DNA of 64,000 nt from positions 384,001 to 448,000 of the forward strand of contig CAXXXF010000015.1 of NCBI GenBank assembly GCA_963667175.2, given 5' to 3'. The notes below the pieces were generated by a model. That model ran no database searches. It was not told where the DNA came from and saw nothing but the letters and a program-made list of their open reading frames with translations. Below are positions 1 to 9,575 of the stretch, piece by piece; positions within the stretch are counted from its first letter, which is position 1, and each line of letters opens with the position of its first letter. The DNA is from Candidatus Latescibacterota bacterium. Its GTDB lineage: Bacteria; Latescibacterota; UBA2968; GCA-2709665. Position numbers and translations under genes: made by a program.

Positions 1-2037
1 GAAGGACGACGCGGGCCTCACGCCGATGCCGCCGAAGCTCACGCCCTCCAGCGCGTCGGCCTGATCGCCGGAAACGATCACGGCCAGCGCCGCCGGCGTG
101 CGATAGGTCAACGCGAGGACGCCGGCGCCCTCGGCGCGCGAGAGCGTGGTGTCCAGGACCGACAGGCGCAGGGCGAAGTCCGCGCCGGCGACCACCCTGC
201 CGCCCTGGTCCGGCGCGTTGACGATCCTGAACGCGTCGGCGTTCGGGTTCAGGAAGCCCCTGGCGAACGTGAGCGCCCCGCCGCCGGTCACGCTGGCGTT
301 GCCGGCGAGGTCCACCGCCAGAATCTGCAGCTCGTACCGGCTTCCGTTCCAGAAGCCCGCGCTTTCCACGGGCCAGGTCATCGGGGCGCCGACGGTCTCG
401 AGCCGGCGGTTTCCCCGGTGGAAGCGCTGCACAACCGCCGGGGCGCCGACGGCGAGGTCGATATAGCGGACGGACAGCGATTCCAGCGCCTCGTCGATGG
501 CGAAGACCGGGTCCTTGCTGGCCAGGTTGATGGTGGGCGCGTCGTCGTTGTCCGCGTCCACGGGAGCGGTGGCGGCGGTGGGGAACAGATCGGCGATCAC
601 CGGCGCCTTTTCGTCGTACCAGACGCCCGCGAGGTCCATGGCGGCCCGGTTCCCGAGGCTGTCCCAGACCTCGATCCTCAGGTCTTTGCGCACCCCGCCC
701 GCGCTGTCGTATTTCCAGGGAAGCGCGAGCGTGGCCGTGGAATCGTCGCCCGTGGGCGGCAGGCCTTCGTCGACGCCGCCGCCGCCGCCGAACCCGTGCG
801 CGCTGTCGCCGTGGGTGATCCGGATGGAGTCCGGGACTTCGCTGAGTCTGAACGTGAGCGGGTTCAACCCGCGGTTGGCATGGACGCCCTCGGGCTCTCC
901 GGGCAGAGGTCGAATTCCCGACAGCGTCTGCGTGACGGCCGCCGAGATCCGGTCTTCCTTGCGGTCCGGATCGGGGTGGATGACCGTGATCGCCGGCGGC
1001 GTCGCGTCCGCGATCCACTCCACGCCGCCGGGATCGAAGACGTCCGGCAGTCCATGCCCCGCCCGGACTGCCGAAGGCGTCCCGGCGTCCATGGCGGCGG
1101 CGCCGAGGTTGCCCGCGGCGTCCGCGATCCAGGCCTCGACGCGAACCCGCCGGTTATCGCCGAAATCGCCCGCCTCAACCCACCCGGAGGCCCGCAGACT
1201 CGGGTTGTACAACCGGTCCCCGGCAAACTCGAAGGAAACCGGCGCCGAGGAAAACGCCGAGTCCGCCTCAACGACGCCCACGCGGATGCGGCTGGCGCCG
1301 GCGTTCAGCACGCCCGCGACGTTCAGACCCAGACGGATCGCGATTTTGTCTCCGCTCCTGAACCGCACGCGCTCGATCAGCCCCGCCGACGTCGTGTCGA
1401 CGCCCAGGTTGTCCGTTTCAACGGCGAAGGACCCGAACGCGCCGGTATGCACGGGTCGATTGGCATCGATGCCGAATCGCACCCCGTCGCCCACCCGGTT
1501 GGCGCCGAAGCCCGTGGACGCGGGGGCGATCTTCGTCCTCGTCATCAGGTTGTTCAGTTCGTTGCCGGCCTCGTCCGCGTCCAGGTCCACGACAACCTTG
1601 GCCGCGCGGTTGTTCTCTGTCTCGAAGGCCGCGTCCTTCGGGGAGACGGTTATGGATACCCTGAACGTGTCCACGCCCGACGCCTCGTCGTTCCCAAACG
1701 CGACGCCGGACGGGAGATTGTCCGGACCGGGTATATATATATTGTAATAGACGAATCCGCGGGCGGCGGCGGACCCGCCCGCCGTGACGCCGACGTCCCG
1801 GTCTCGGACCGTCGCGTCCACGACCGACACGCGGAACCCCTCATCGAGGGCGCCCTCGAACGACAGGATGCGGATCTCGATCCCGTCGCCGATGCCCGCC
1901 CACGCGTTGGCGGCGGGCCTGTCCACGCGGATCATGATGCCCGGCGGGTCCGCGACGTCCACGGCGCCGGCGACCCCGACGACGCCAACGATCAGGAAAA
2001 TAGACAGACCCGTGCCTGCAGACGTCCACAACCGCAT
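1..2037 (-). CDS. Large secreted/surface protein with Ig-like (Big-type) beta-sandwich motifs; 3' end runs off the window
   Basis: Not in the ORF track because it has no stop in the window. ATG at 2037 with GGAGG upstream. It translates MRLWTSAGTGLSIFLIVGVVGVAGAVDVADPPG (signal-peptide-like), with recurring DAAGN/DSLGN/DLAGN and D-x-x-P-x-I motifs. The + strand ORFs 418-2400 and 497-1747 are its antisense shadows. Confidence 0.75.
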   Translation of the reverse strand, partial: MRLWTSAGTGLSIFLIVGVVGVAGAVDVADPPGIMIRVDRPAANAWAGIGDGIEIRILSFEGALDEGFRVSVVDATVRDRDVGVTAGGSAAARGFVYYNIYIPGPDNLPSGVAFGNDEASGVDTFRVSITVSPKDAAFETENNRAAKVVVDLDADEAGNELNNLMTRTKIAPASTGFGANRVGDGVRFGIDANRPVHTGAFGSFAVETDNLGVDTTSAGLIERVRFRSGDKIAIRLGLNVAGVLNAGASRIRVGVVEADSAFSSAPVSFEFAGDRLYNPSLRASGWVEAGDFGDNRRVRVEAWIADAAGNLGAAAMDAGTPSAVRAGHGLPDVFDPGGVEWIADATPPAITVIHPDPDRKEDRISAAVTQTLSGIRPLPGEPEGVHANRGLNPLTFRLSEVPDSIRITHGDSAHGFGGGGGVDEGLPPTGDDSTATLALPWKYDSAGGVRKDLRIEVWDSLGNRAAMDLAGVWYDEKAPVIADLFPTAATAPVDADNDDAPTINLASKDPVFAIDEALESLSVRYIDLAVGAPAVVQRFHRGNRRLETVGAPMTWPVESAGFWNGSRYELQILAVDLAGNASVTGGGALTFARGFLNPNADAFRIVNAPDQGGRVVAGADFALRLSVLDTTLSRAEGAGVLALTYRTPAALAVIVSGDQADALEGVSFGGIGVRPASSF

Positions 2038-2146
2038 GACCGGCCTCCCCTCGAATATCACCACGCGCCGATGATGAACCCGCGCGCGCACCGCCTCTCG
2101 ATCGCGTACCGCAGACGCGCAATACGCGTCGCCGGCGGGCAGGGCG

Positions 2147-2161
2147 GCAAAAAGCATGCCA
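2147..2161 (-). promoter_or_regulatory. sigma54 (-24/-12) promoter for the surface-protein gene
   Basis: Minus strand reads TGGCATGCTTTTTGC, i.e. GG-N10-GC matching TGGCAY-N5-TTGC, about 110 bp upstream of the ATG at 2037. Confidence 0.6.
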
Positions 2162-2448
2162 GCAGGACGCCGAACGCGCCGCGCGGCATCGCGGGCACGG
2201 ACGCGATTCGGGACGCGGGAAGCCGGACAGCGGGCCGGGGGCTGGCGCCGGGGACGCGGAAACGGTTGAAGAAACGGCTCAGGAGGGCGTTCGGGCGCGG
2301 ACTGCGGAGGGAGGCGCCGCGAGAGGCGCGGACGACGGTTCAGGCCGTCGAGGGAACCGGGGCGCGAGGAATGGGGCGGAGAACGGTTCGGAGGGATTGA
2401 AAAAAACGTTCACATATGGAAAGAAGCTTTCAGGCAAAGGCGGACCGC

Positions 2449-2532
2449 CCCCGGCCCCGCAGACCTCTCCCCCCTGCCTGCCTGCCGGCAGGCAGGCCCC
2501 CTCTCCCGGGGGGAGAGGGGGAGCAGAGCGGG
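2449..2532. repeat. Partial copy of the GC-rich intergenic palindromic element, carrying the CCTGCCTGCCGGCAGGCAGG insert
   Basis: Near-identical to 5837-5920 and 20268-20342. Confidence 0.85.
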
Positions 2533-2769
2533 AGACCCTGCAGTTGTTACCTCACCCGGCCGAAAATGTCGATCGTCGGACAAGAAATAGAGTAGACGCA
2601 CAGTGCGTGGTTCCCCCACCTCTAAATTCATCGGACGTTTGAAAGCTGAGGGAAAATATCGCTCGTGACGAGTTCAGCTGAATCGTGTACCGTCGCTCAC
2701 TGACTGCCGCATTCGCGCTGAAGCTCGCCTCTTTCTTTAATTTTATGTTTTCTCTTATGTAAATTATTC

Positions 2770-2798
2770 TTGACATAGACGTGGAACACGGGTAAATT
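2770..2798 (+). promoter_or_regulatory. sigma70-type promoter
   Basis: TTGACA (2770-2775), 17 bp spacer, TAAATT (2793-2798), preceded by an AT-rich UP-like tract. Confidence 0.65.
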
Positions 2799-2803
2799 CA
2801 GAC

Positions 2804-2960
2804 AGGACGCATCAGAAGTACCCACAAGTACTTCATCGCCAGTACGTACGAAAACAGGTACCTCTGATCGGAGAATTCCGGTACCGATCCTTGGGGGATC
2901 ACAAACAGGGGACTGTCAGGCGGGGGCGCGGTTAACGGACCGTACCTCCGCCAATTTTTA
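2804..2960 (+). ncRNA. Candidate structured small RNA or leader
   Basis: Lies directly after the promoter. It has several hairpins (GAAGTAC/GTACTTC, GATCGG/CCGATC, GATCC/GGATC) and ends in a GC stem at 2919-2952 followed by TTTTT. No credible ORF. Confidence 0.35.
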
Positions 2961-3094
2961 AGGTAACCAGGTCGTTTGGAGACCGCAATAAAAATCTTCA
3001 AAACAGGACAGGATCGTATACCCTTCAAAAACCCGGGAACGAGGAAGAAGAGGTCTTGGAGGAGAAGCGAAACGGTTTCTCGAAAAACAAGGCG

Positions 3095-3255
3095 TAGCAG
3101 TCCGTTGAAAAAGTCGCTCTGCAGGCGAGGCCGAGTCATTGTGGCCGAAGACAAGGCGCGCCTGTCTGCGTGCCTGCCTGCGCCGAGACGTGCTCGGCAG
3201 GCAGGCGGACACGCACAGGCAGGCAGACCGGATGGACTTTTTCAACGGGCTGGTA
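3095..3255. mobile_element. MITE (non-autonomous IS derivative) with ~20-bp terminal inverted repeats
   Basis: Ends are TAGCAGTCCGTTGAAAAAGTC ... GACTTTTTCAACGGGCTGGTA. A related copy lies in inverted orientation at 58550-58762. No transposase. Confidence 0.8.
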
Positions 3256-3387
3256 GTCTGATAGAGTGGTAGGGAACGGTCAGAAAGGTTTTTGGGCTGC
3301 TTTTTTGTAGGTTGTAATATTATTGTCATTACAGTATCTTCTCTGTCTGTGGGGCAAAATAGAGCATGCAGGATCTGGGAGTATGGG

Positions 3388-4101
3388 ATGACTGTCTGTA
3401 TCGCTGCACTTTATAGTGAAGGCGAAGGAGCGGTTCTGGCCTCTGATAAGATGATTACAGCCCACTTTCCCATTGGCTATGAATTTGAACATGGGGAGCA
3501 TTCCAAGATTATAAGTGTCTCCGGTTCGTCCTCAACTTTTGCTCTCGTATCCGGTGATGTGTTGCGTGGCCAAGAAATCCTTAATGCAGCACAAGAGATG
3601 ATAAGACAACGAGGCGAGGATATTTCTGCTGCCGCTACTGCTGAAACGATCCGTAGTGCGTATCAACAAATCCGTCTCAAGAATATCTCCCATAGAGAAC
3701 TCGAGCCCAGAGGATTAGACCTGGCGAAATTCTATGCCAATCACCAACAGTTAGCTCCACATATCGTACAGATTGTCGACCAAGCTCTGATTACATTTGA
3801 TTTGGGTGTAGAATTGCTGGTGGTGGGTTTGAGTGAAACTACTCATACGATTCACACAATAGTGAATCCAGGAGATATCTATGATAATAGCATCATTGGA
3901 TACGGTACAATAGGTTCGGGATCACCACACGCATTATACTCTCTGATTGAAAATCAGTATACGGTAAAACAGCAGAAGGAGGAGGTAATTTCGTTAGTAA
4001 AAGGAGCAAAAGAAAGAAGTGAAGTAGCTCCCGGGGTTGGAAAACAGACGAGTATTGTGGTTCTTCCAGAAAAGGAGTCAATAAATGAACAACCAGAGTA
4101 A
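3388..4101 (+). CDS. Proteasome-beta/HslV-like Ntn-hydrolase (threonine protease fold)
   Basis: Starts M-T-V-C-I-A (Thr1 after Met removal), then VLASDKM, SKI, YGTIGSGS and the C-terminal PGVG-x-x-T-x-IVV motif. GC content is clearly lower than the flanks. Confidence 0.75.
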   Translation: MTVCIAALYSEGEGAVLASDKMITAHFPIGYEFEHGEHSKIISVSGSSSTFALVSGDVLRGQEILNAAQEMIRQRGEDISAAATAETIRSAYQQIRLKNISHRELEPRGLDLAKFYANHQQLAPHIVQIVDQALITFDLGVELLVVGLSETTHTIHTIVNPGDIYDNSIIGYGTIGSGSPHALYSLIENQYTVKQQKEEVISLVKGAKERSEVAPGVGKQTSIVVLPEKESINEQPE

Positions 4102-4264
4102 TACAGAGTCGCATACCATGAAGTGGATGAAGGCAGAACGAGAACTGGCCGTGCGCCGTGTCGTTGTCCCGATCTACCCAAATCCAAAACACGTTCTAAC
4201 AAAAACAGATGAAAATCTCATTCCATTAATTCCAGATAAGCCTCCCAAAAAAGTTCAAACTTAG
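4085..4264 (+). CDS. 59-aa hypothetical protein overlapping the Ntn-hydrolase 3' end
   Basis: AAAGGAG at 4071-4077, ATG 4085, TAG 4262-4264. Sequence MNNQSNTESHTMKWMKAERELAVRRVVVPIYPNPKHVLTKTDENLIPLIPDKPPKKVQT. It is below the ORF-track size cutoff. Confidence 0.45.
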   Translation: MNNQSNTESHTMKWMKAERELAVRRVVVPIYPNPKHVLTKTDENLIPLIPDKPPKKVQT

Positions 4265-4329
4265 ATCCGCTCAAGCATGAACTGGTGTTCTGTCGGGGCA
4301 TGACCCCGGATCACATGAAACCAGAAAAA

Positions 4330-4356
4330 CAGGGAGAGGCAATTCGCCTCTCCCTG
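4330..4356. terminator. Intrinsic terminator-like hairpin between convergent units
   Basis: CAGGGAGAGGC-AATTC-GCCTCTCCCTG with an A-run on the left, which forms a U-tract on the minus strand downstream of rplI. Confidence 0.65.
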
Positions 4357-4468
4357 CTGCATTTTAGATCAGAGTTTCCTTTAATCGATTCGGGCAAAAA
4401 AAGATGGGCATGCCTGTAGCAAGACCCATCTCTCGACGGTTTTCTTTTTCATTTGCGCCTGCGGCAGG

Positions 4469-4912
4469 TTACTCCTTGACCACCCACACCTTGACGGTCG
4501 CCCGGACTTCGGCGTGGAGGCGGATCGAGACGTCGTAGACTCCGAGCGCGCGGATGGGTTCCTCGAGTTCGATCCAGCGGCGGTCGATTTCGAAGCCCTG
4601 CTCGGCGAGGTGTTCGGAAATGTGCTGCCCCGTGACGGAGCCGAAGATCTGGTCTTCCTTGCCCACGGCAACCGGAATCGTGCAGGATGCCTTCTCCACT
4701 TTTTTCGAGAGGGCCACGGCCTCGCGCTGGTCGCGGGTGTTCCGGGCTTCCTTCTGGCGCTCGAGTTCCTCGTAGACCTTCATGTTCCCCTTGCTGGCCA
4801 CCAGGGCCAGGTTCCGGGGAATGAGGTAATTCCTGGCGTACCCGTCCTTGACGTCAACAACGGTTCCGGCCTGGCCCAGGTTGTCGACACCTTCGGTTAA
4901 GATCACCTTCAT
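4469..4912 (-). CDS. rplI: 50S ribosomal protein L9
   Basis: MKVILTEGVDNLGQAGTVVDVKDGYARNYLIP signature, FGSVT motif. Confidence 0.97.
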   Translation of the reverse strand: MKVILTEGVDNLGQAGTVVDVKDGYARNYLIPRNLALVASKGNMKVYEELERQKEARNTRDQREAVALSKKVEKASCTIPVAVGKEDQIFGSVTGQHISEHLAEQGFEIDRRWIELEEPIRALGVYDVSIRLHAEVRATVKVWVVKE

Positions 4913-5102
4913 GGGGGTTCCCTTTCGATAGAGAACAGCTTTCAGCGGTCAGTTTTCAGCAATCAGCTTGAATCAACATCGAAAATCAGCTCACACGAAG
5001 ACACAGAGGCACAAAGAAAAAGGCAGAAAATGGCCGAAGGCGATGAGGGGGGAGCGGGGGTGAAAAACAGGCTTCCTTCTTCCTTCTCACGTCTCCCCGC
5101 CT

Positions 5103-5327
5103 TTACGACATACTGTCCGTTGCAAAAGGCAACAGCGCGATCTGGCGGGCGCGTTTGAGGTGCCGGGTGACCCTTCGCTGGTGCCTGGCGCACGTCCCGG
5201 AAACGCGTCGGGGGATGATCTTTCCCCTGTCCGTGACGAACCGCTGCATCAGCCGCACGTCCTTATAGTCGATGATCAATGCCTTGTCTTCGCAGAACCT
5301 GCATACCTTGATGCTTGGCCGGTTCAT
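5103..5327 (-). CDS. rpsR: 30S ribosomal protein S18
   Basis: CRFC...IDYKD...[17 protein letters not shown]...[11 protein letters not shown]. Confidence 0.97.
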   Translation of the reverse strand: MNRPSIKVCRFCEDKALIIDYKDVRLMQRFVTDRGKIIPRRVSGTCARHQRRVTRHLKRARQIALLPFATDSMS

Positions 5328-5701
5328 TCGCCCTCCTCGCTGTTGTCGCCTGCGTCGGCGTTCTCCTGCTCGTCCTCTCCGCCTGCGTCCGCTTCCGGCT
5401 CTTCCTCCACCGGACTCTCATCCACGACGACCAGATGCCGCAGCACGGACTCGTCGAGTTTGAACATCCGGTCCACCTCGGACAGGATTTCCGGCGGCGC
5501 CTCGAAGCGGATGAACGTGTAGTCGCCGCGCTGCTGCTTGCCAACGTCGTAGGCCAGCTTGCGCGCGCCCCAGCGGTCGACCTCCACCGAGCGGCCGCCG
5601 CCTTCGGAAACGAGGCGATCGAAACGCGCGACGAGGTCGTCCACCGCGTTATCGGGCGCCTGCACGTTGACGATGAGTGCGAGTTCGTAACGATTCGACA
5701 T
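5324..5701 (-). CDS. rpsF: 30S ribosomal protein S6
   Basis: [11 protein letters not shown]...[10 protein letters not shown]...VLRHLVV. ATG 5701 with GGAGG; stop overlaps the rpsR start. Confidence 0.95.
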   Translation of the reverse strand: MSNRYELALIVNVQAPDNAVDDLVARFDRLVSEGGGRSVEVDRWGARKLAYDVGKQQRGDYTFIRFEAPPEILSEVDRMFKLDESVLRHLVVVDESPVEEEPEADAGGEDEQENADAGDNSEEGE

Positions 5702-5827
5702 GGAACCTCCCCCTGGACTGGTGGCCCGCGAGCCGCCCGACCGGGCCTGTCCGCCGTGCTGCGGCACAGGCAGGCGTTCACGAGCGGGAAAGAAAAAGGC
5801 AGCGGTCAGCATTCAGCTTGAAGCAAA

Positions 5828-5987
5828 GAGCGAACCACCCCCGGCCCCGCAAACCTCTCCCCCCGGCCTGCCTGCCGGCAGGCAGGCCCCCTCTCCCAGG
5901 GGGAAAGGGGGAGCAGAGCGAGATGTCTTCTAGCGATGACAGTTCCCCCCTTCCCCCCGGGAAGGGGGACAGGGGGTAGGTTGGCGG
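5828..5987. repeat. GC-rich intergenic palindromic element (partial)
   Basis: Matches 17445-17562, 20268-20406 and 22030-22150. Confidence 0.85.
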
Positions 5988-6045
5988 GTGTGTTGGGCGC
6001 TTCGCGGAACCCAGAATAAAACGCTGAAAGTATTCTCTGAAGGAT

Positions 6046-8058
6046 TCAATCAATCAACAACGGCGCCAGAACCAGCGAAACGACCGACATGAGCTTGATC
6101 AGTATGTTCAGCGAGGGACCGGAGGTGTCCTTCAGCGGATCGCCCACGGTGTCGCCAACGACCGCGGCCTTGTGCGCGTCGGACCCCTTCCCGCCGAAAT
6201 GCCCCTCTTCGATATGCTTCTTGCCGTTGTCCAGCACGCCGCCGCTGTTGGCCATCATCAGCGCCATGAGCATGCCGCTCAGCAGGGCGCCGGCGAGCAT
6301 GCCGCCGAGCGCTTCCTTGCCGAGGATGAACCCGACCAGCACGGGCGTGAGCACGGCAACCACCCCCGGCGGCGCCATTTCCCGCAGCGCCGCAACGGTG
6401 CTGATGTCCACGCAGCGCCGGGTGTCGGGCTTGCCGACGCCTTCCATCAGTCCCGGAATCTCCCGGAACTGCCGCCGGACCTCTTCCACCATCCTGAACG
6501 CCGCCCGGCCTACCGACGTCATCGTCTGCGCGGCCACGAGGAAGGGGATGGAACCCCCGATGAACAGGCCGATCACCACCATGGGCGAGGTCAGGTTGAT
6601 CATCTCCAGCTTCACGGTCGACGCGTAGGCCGAAAACAGAGCCAGGGCCGTGAGCGCGGCCGAACCGATGGCGAAGCCCTTGCCGATGGCCGCCGTGGTG
6701 TTGCCCAGCGCGTCCAGCCCGTCCGTGATCTTCCTCGTCTCCGGCCCGAGTTCCGCCATTTCCGATATGCCGCCAGCATTGTCGGCGATGGGACCGTACG
6801 CGTCCACCGCCATGGTGATGCCCACGGTTGCCAGCATCCCCACGGCCGCGATGCCGATGCCGTAGAGCCCGGCAAAATGATAGGCGAACCCGATGGCGGC
6901 GCAGATGCACAGCACGGGAAGGAAGGTGCTCTGCATGCCGATCGCCAAACCCGAGATGATGTTGGTGGCGGGCCCGGTTTCAGAGGACCTGGCCACCCTG
7001 CGCACCGGCGCGCCGCCGGTGTAGTATTCGGTAAGCAGGCCGATCAGAATGCCGGTGAAACCGCCCAGCAGGATCGCCCAGAACACGCCTTCGGAAAGCC
7101 CCAGTCCCTCAACCGCGAAATAGCTCCCGGCGAACATGATCCCGGCGGCCACGAAAGAAGCGTAGCGGAGGGCGGCCGCGGGGCTGAAACGCTGCAGGAC
7201 GGGCATGGCGAGCATGCCGATGAGGGACGCCACGAGGCCGATGGTGGCGACGAAGAGCGGAAGCTGCATGGCCGCCGTCTTCACGTCGGCGTCGGCGTAC
7301 ACGGAGCTGCCGGCCAGCGTGGCGATCAGCGCGGAGCCGGCCGTGGCCGCGATGGCGATGGTGGCCACGATGGAGCCCACGTAGGACTCGAAGATATCGG
7401 CGCCCATCCCGGCCACGTCGCCCACGTTGTCTCCCACGAAGTCGGCGAGCGCCGCGGGGTTGCGCGGGTCGTCCTCGGGAATGCCCGCCTCCACCTTGCC
7501 GACGAGATCGGCGCCCACGTCGGCCGTTTTGGTATAGATGCCGCCGCCCACGCGCGCGAACAGGGCGATGGAGCTGGCGCCCATGGCGAACCCGTTGATG
7601 ATCACCGCCTGATTCGCGTTGCCGTACAGGAGAAAGAGCGTGCCCACCCCCAGCAGGCCCAGGCTGGCCACCGAGAGGCCCATGACCGTGCCGCCCGAAA
7701 ACGCGACGCTCAGCGCCGTCGACTGGCCCTCCTGGTTGGCGGCGTACGCGGTGCGCACGTTGGCCTTGGTGGCCGCCTTCATCCCGAAAAAACCGGCGCC
7801 GATCGAACAGATCGCGCCGGCCAGAAAGGCGAAGGCCGTGCTGAACGGCCGGATGCCGATCGAAAGCAGGATGAATACCGCGACGATGAAAATCACGAGC
7901 ACCAGGTATTCGCGTTTCAAAAACGCCATGGCGCCTTCGTGGATGGCATCCGAAATCTCCCGCATCCGGTCCGTACCGGCCGGTTTACGGGCAATCCGGA
8001 AATATACCAGCCCGGCGACGAGCAACCCGGCGATCCCGAATATTGGCGTCCAGAACAT
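6046..8058 (-). CDS. hppA: Membrane-bound ion-translocating pyrophosphatase, K+-dependent type, probably Na+-pumping
   Basis: [47 protein letters not shown] and [20 protein letters not shown] (Ala rather than Lys) marks the K+-dependent class. ATG 8058 with GGAGG. Confidence 0.95.
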   Translation of the reverse strand: MFWTPIFGIAGLLVAGLVYFRIARKPAGTDRMREISDAIHEGAMAFLKREYLVLVIFIVAVFILLSIGIRPFSTAFAFLAGAICSIGAGFFGMKAATKANVRTAYAANQEGQSTALSVAFSGGTVMGLSVASLGLLGVGTLFLLYGNANQAVIINGFAMGASSIALFARVGGGIYTKTADVGADLVGKVEAGIPEDDPRNPAALADFVGDNVGDVAGMGADIFESYVGSIVATIAIAATAGSALIATLAGSSVYADADVKTAAMQLPLFVATIGLVASLIGMLAMPVLQRFSPAAALRYASFVAAGIMFAGSYFAVEGLGLSEGVFWAILLGGFTGILIGLLTEYYTGGAPVRRVARSSETGPATNIISGLAIGMQSTFLPVLCICAAIGFAYHFAGLYGIGIAAVGMLATVGITMAVDAYGPIADNAGGISEMAELGPETRKITDGLDALGNTTAAIGKGFAIGSAALTALALFSAYASTVKLEMINLTSPMVVIGLFIGGSIPFLVAAQTMTSVGRAAFRMVEEVRRQFREIPGLMEGVGKPDTRRCVDISTVAALREMAPPGVVAVLTPVLVGFILGKEALGGMLAGALLSGMLMALMMANSGGVLDNGKKHIEEGHFGGKGSDAHKAAVVGDTVGDPLKDTSGPSLNILIKLMSVVSLVLAPLLID

Positions 8059-8753
8059 AAGCAAACCTCCGGAAAAGCAGCGATCAGCAGTCAGCAAAAA
8101 TCAACTCACACAAAGACGCGAAGACACAAAGGAAAACAACTGCAATCAGCGATCAACTAGAATCAAAAGCGAAAATCGAGAGCGAGAATCAAATTCAACG
8201 TCCACGTCTCCCCAAATTCCCTGCCTCCGGCGGGTTCCTTTTGAAGCGACCAAAAGGAACCAAAAGTCGCCGCTGGGCGCCTGCCTGCGCCAAGCCCCGC
8301 GCGGCAGGCAGGCGGGGCCTGCCATATGCAAAGCGCGAACACACTCACTGGATGCACTTAACCTTGATTCGTAGTTCTTCGGGAACGTTCATTCGAATAA
8401 ACGCAGGTGAATCAAGGCGATTTGACGTCGGAATTTCAGGAACCTTCAGGTCACTGGACGTGAGCGGAGAAAACATCCATTTGGACGACCTCTACACGCC
8501 GTTTCGCAGCCCTGCCCTTTGTGTCTTTTGTGCTTTTTGTGGCTGATTTTACGGTTATCTTTTTTCGAATTGAGGTTAGCGCTCAGCCAGGAGGGAACCA
8601 CCGCAAACCCTTCCCCCGGAACCCGGTTCCAACGGGTGTTTGTCCGCCGACAGACTACCCTTCAGGATACTACGGATAAACCACGGGAGGACCCAACCCT
8701 TCTTCATTCTTCCTTCTTCGTTCTTCCTTTTACCCTTTACCGTCTCACCGATT

Positions 8754-9311
8754 TTATGAATTATACCGATTCATCGCCTCGTCGACGCCGGATTCCATCC
8801 AGCATGCCGCCCCGGAGGCGGCCGTGCGGACCGCCGCGTCGACGGCGTCGCGCTCATCGTCTTCGAACGGGTTCAGGACGTGCTCGATCCGGTCCGCGCC
8901 TTCCGGCGGCGCGCCGATACCGACTCTCAGCCGCGGAAACGCCCCGGATCCCACGCAAGCGATGATCGACGCCAGCCCGTTGTGCCCCCCGTCGCTGCCG
9001 CCGCGCCGCAGCCGGATCCGCCCCAGATCCAGGTGGACGTCGTCCACGACCACAAGCAACTCCTCGATGCCGACCTCGAAACCGTCCAGGACCCGCGCCA
9101 CCGCAACGCCGCTGCGATTCATGAACGTGGTCGGCTTCACCAGCAACGGCGCCCCGTCGCCCGTCGCGATCCGGCAAAAAAAATACCAGGCGCTCTCCGA
9201 CCAGGTCCCCTCCATCCTTGCCGCCAGCAGGTCCACCACCCGATAGCCCAGGTTGTGGCGGGTGTGAGCGTAATCGGAACCCGGGTTGCCCAGACCCACG
9301 ACAACCTTCAC
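8754..9311 (-). CDS. pth: Peptidyl-tRNA hydrolase
   Basis: VVGLGNPG..Y..TRHNLG, KPTTFMNRSG, GGHNGLASI, RLRVGIG. A GTG start at 9311 is inferred. Confidence 0.96.
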   Translation of the reverse strand: MKVVVGLGNPGSDYAHTRHNLGYRVVDLLAARMEGTWSESAWYFFCRIATGDGAPLLVKPTTFMNRSGVAVARVLDGFEVGIEELLVVVDDVHLDLGRIRLRRGGSDGGHNGLASIIACVGSGAFPRLRVGIGAPPEGADRIEHVLNPFEDDERDAVDAAVRTAASGAACWMESGVDEAMNRYNS

Positions 9312-9575
9312 GAGAACCCCCAAAAGGCAGCCATCAGCGTTCAGCTCTCAGCAATCAGCAAAGATCAAAAGCGACAATCGGCTCACACGAAGGCACGAAG
9401 ACACAAAGGAAAACAACTGCAATCAGCCGAGAGCGAACCACCCCCAGCCCCGCAGACCTCTCCCCCCTGCCTGCCGAAAAACCGCCGGCAGGCGACCTGT
9501 CAGGATGCTATGGGCAAAACACAGGAGGACCACCCCGTTTTCATTCTTCCTTCTTCCTTTCCCGTCTCCCCGCTC

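Noticed and set aside
418-2400. 660-aa and 416-aa + strand ORFs
   Set aside because: Antisense shadows of the minus-strand surface-protein gene; high GC suppresses stop codons.
5702-5812. S6:S18 leader RNA or extended RpsF N-terminus
   Set aside because: The region is occupied by a palindromic repeat, the leader motif could not be verified by eye, and the RBS supports the start at 5701.
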